A stretch of DNA of 61,281 bases, the filler included, from Candidatus Babelota bacterium (lineage in GTDB: Bacteria > JAGOBX01): NCBI GenBank assembly GCA_017999075.1. It is 8 parts of 8 records of this genome, joined end to end, with 100 filler letters (N's around TTAATTAATTAA, not from the genome) between each part and the next. Parts side by side here need not be neighbours in the genome. Positions count along the whole stretch, not along the records: positions 57,427 to 61,281 come from JAGOBX010000400.1; 7 more parts are not named here. One strand, 5' to 3'. Shown piece after piece: positions 58,707 through 61,281 of the stretch (the stretch's first letter is position 1; each line of letters starts with the position of its first letter). The notes beneath the pieces were generated by a model. That model was not told where the DNA came from. It searched no databases and saw only the letters and a program-made list of their open reading frames with translations. The position numbers and the translations under genes are program-made.

Positions 58707-61210
58707 CTTAACTCAATAATTTTTTTTATTAAAAAATTGAAATCAGTAAACGGTTTTTTAAAATAAGCTTTAGCTCCGAATTCAAAAAGTTTTTCAACTT
58801 CATCATCGTGAATTATTCCTGACATATAAATGAATTTAATCCAGGGGAACTTTTCTTTAACACATCCCATCAGTTCAAATCCGTCCATGTTAGGCATATT
58901 TATGTCAGTTAAAATAATATCAATATTAATGTTTTTTGAAATAATATCAATTACTAATAAAGGATTGTTCAATGTTATACATTCAATATTGTTTCTTTTA
59001 TAAAATGAAGCTAATACTTTTGTGAATTCAATTTCATCATCTACTATGAGAAGCAATGGTTTTATTTTTTCGGCTTTTATATCGGCAATAACAGGAAGAT
59101 CAATAATAAAAACAGTCCCTTCATTTTCATCCGATAAAACTGAAATTGAACCATTGTGTTCTTTTATGATTTTATAAGAAATAGATAGTCCGAGACCCGT
59201 ACCGGAAATTTCATGTTTTGTCGTGAAAAATGGTTCGAATATTTTTGTTAAATTTTCTTTTTTTATTCCTTTTCCATTATCTTTTATTGATATTCTTATA
59301 AATTTGTTGTTTATAAGTTCACAATTTATTTTTATATATCCCTGTCTGATATCGTTTACAGCATCAGCAGCATTTTGAAGCAAATTGATTATAACCTGCT
59401 CTATTTTTATCTGGTTTCCTGAAATAAACGGGATGTTTTCAGGTATGTTTATTTCCACTGAATATACTTTTCTTCTTGTCATTGCGCCTACAATTGTATA
59501 CGCTTTTTCTATGCATTCTTTAATAGAAAAATTCTTAATGTTATCAATATTTTCGTTTTGAGAAAATTCTTTTAAAGTATTTACAATATTTTGAATTCTT
59601 GAACTTCCGATACTTATGTGTCCAAGTGATTTATCAATGTTTTCAATATAACTTAGAATTTTTTTCTGTTCGGTATTTTTTTGTTCTGTGCAGCTATCAT
59701 CAATCAATTTTTTCTTTAATTCTGACCAGCATTCGGAAATAATAGGTATATTCAATGTTATAAAAGTGTTCGGATTATTTATTTCGTGAGCTACGCCTGC
59801 AACCATAGTTCCGATTGAAGCAAGCTTTGCCGATTGGACAAGTTGTGAAAAATTTTCTTTAATCTGTCTGGTTTTAAAAAAATTAGAAAAAGCTTTTGAT
59901 ATTATTCCTGCGGCAATTTTTATTGTAGACAATTCATATTCCTGCCAGGTATGTTTTTTTTCCATATCTGAAAAAGTCATGAATCCGAATAATTTTTCAT
60001 CAATGTTTAAAGGCATGATAATTGAAGAAAAAACACTGCGTACTTTAAAAAAATTATACATGATTTCAGAAATTTCGTTTAATGTTTCGGTATCATTAAT
60101 TATTGCAATTTTATTTTTGGTGATTTTTTTTATTACAGGTTCTATATCAGAGCTTGGAAAAGTTTTTTTTTCGGATTTAAGTTGACCTGAATTATTTTTT
60201 ACTCCTTCGTACATAAGCGAGCATTCTGTTAAATCTTCGTTGAATTTATAAATTGAACATCGTGAAATATTTGAAAAAGCAACAAGATAATTTAAAGTTA
60301 TTTTTATGTCTTCATCGAAGTTTTCTGAATTTATAAAACGTTCTGAAATAGATGAAAATAATTTTTGTGATTCAAGAGATTTTTCAAGAAGCAGCCTCCT
60401 TTTATTTTCTGTTATATCTGTTAAAACTCCATATATAGATTTGATATTGCCGTTATCTGTAATTTTAACTGCGCGGCAGTTTATCCAGATATATTTTTCA
60501 TCGTTTCTTTTTATACGGAAATCAATGTCGTATATCATCGGTGATTTGATGAAGTTTTTGATTTCATTTTCAATATTTCTTATGTCTTCAGGATGTATTA
60601 TCTGCAATAATTGTTTGATTGAAAAATTTATTATAGTTTCAGAAGGATATTTTAAAAGCTCTATAGTATTTTCATTGACAAAAAGTATTTTTCCCGCAGA
60701 ATCCATTTCAAATACTGAAATAGGAATATTTTTTATTAGAGACGTATATTTTATTTCTGTATCTATCAGTTTGTTTTCTATTGTTTTTGAATGTTCTTTT
60801 ATTTTGATCAATTGAAAATGAACCGAGATTCTGTTTACCAGAGTGTCAGGACTGAATGGTTTTGTAATATAGTCTATCGCTCCAAGATTTAGTCCGCGTG
60901 CTATGTGTTCCGGTTCATCCTGGGCTGTTAAGAAAATTACCGGTATTTTTTGTGTTTTAATGTTCTCTTTTAATATTTTACATACTTCAAATCCATCCAT
61001 TCCTGGCATCAGAATATCAAGTAGAATAATATCAGGATGATGAGTTTCTGCTGCTGCTAAACCTTCTTTTCCAGAGTATGCATTTAATACTTTAAAATTT
61101 GATTTTTTGAAAATCGTTGTTATAACTCTTTGAATATCATTGTCATCATCGATTATTAATATTTTTGGCGAATCGCCTGATAAATATTCAGCGTTATAGT
61201 TTTGATTCAT
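58703..61210 (-). CDS. Hybrid histidine kinase REC-PAS-GAF-HisKA-HATPase-REC
   Basis: AHEINNP, NLLQNA, DNGKG, FEPFFTTK, GTGLGL, two receivers; ATGA overlap with the regulator. Confidence 0.93.
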   Translation of the reverse strand: MNQNYNAEYLSGDSPKILIIDDDNDIQRVITTIFKKSNFKVLNAYSGKEGLAAAETHHPDIILLDILMPGMDGFEVCKILKENIKTQKIPVIFLTAQDEPEHIARGLNLGAIDYITKPFSPDTLVNRISVHFQLIKIKEHSKTIENKLIDTEIKYTSLIKNIPISVFEMDSAGKILFVNENTIELLKYPSETIINFSIKQLLQIIHPEDIRNIENEIKNFIKSPMIYDIDFRIKRNDEKYIWINCRAVKITDNGNIKSIYGVLTDITENKRRLLLEKSLESQKLFSSISERFINSENFDEDIKITLNYLVAFSNISRCSIYKFNEDLTECSLMYEGVKNNSGQLKSEKKTFPSSDIEPVIKKITKNKIAIINDTETLNEISEIMYNFFKVRSVFSSIIMPLNIDEKLFGFMTFSDMEKKHTWQEYELSTIKIAAGIISKAFSNFFKTRQIKENFSQLVQSAKLASIGTMVAGVAHEINNPNTFITLNIPIISECWSELKKKLIDDSCTEQKNTEQKKILSYIENIDKSLGHISIGSSRIQNIVNTLKEFSQNENIDNIKNFSIKECIEKAYTIVGAMTRRKVYSVEINIPENIPFISGNQIKIEQVIINLLQNAADAVNDIRQGYIKINCELINNKFIRISIKDNGKGIKKENLTKIFEPFFTTKHEISGTGLGLSISYKIIKEHNGSISVLSDENEGTVFIIDLPVIADIKAEKIKPLLLIVDDEIEFTKVLASFYKRNNIECITLNNPLLVIDIISKNINIDIILTDINMPNMDGFELMGCVKEKFPWIKFIYMSGIIHDDEVEKLFEFGAKAYFKKPFTDFNFLIKKIIELR

Positions 61211-61281
61211 TGTATGTTTTTAAAATTATTTCATAAATATTTATATTTTAAAATATAAATGAAAAAAATAAAAATTCAAGT

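Overview
AT-rich bacterial DNA using the standard code (TGA is a stop), most likely a draft or metagenome-assembled genome. The window is eight contigs joined by artificial 100-nt N-ttaattaattaa-N linkers, so adjacency across linkers means nothing. Most content is core or signalling genes: exeA/exeB-like, malQ, two hybrid kinases, trpEG with an attenuator, liv ABC genes, dnaK, uvrC, paaK+ACT, lysS, dacB, fliI, gldA, proA, gspG, an NtrC-type regulator and a 2489-aa surface protein. Best leads: (1) a 3.9-kb integrative-element contig (ori-like inverted repeat, ERCC4 nuclease, Cys-rich protein, xis, tyrosine integrase) ending in an apparently intact attP. This attP carries the 5' half of tRNA-Phe(GAA) plus a perfect sigma70 promoter between paired arm-type repeats, implying the element would take over transcription of the host tRNA on integration. 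(2) A tailless FtsZ outside the dcw cluster, followed by a coiled-coil protein and a PilZ protein. (3) A GAF-adenylate cyclase-degenerate HD-GYP fusion beside an intact HD-GYP. (4) An ABC ATPase / class I isoprenoid-fold enzyme / methyltransferase cluster. (5) A two-copy IS5-like MITE. All calls come from motif reading; no searches were run.
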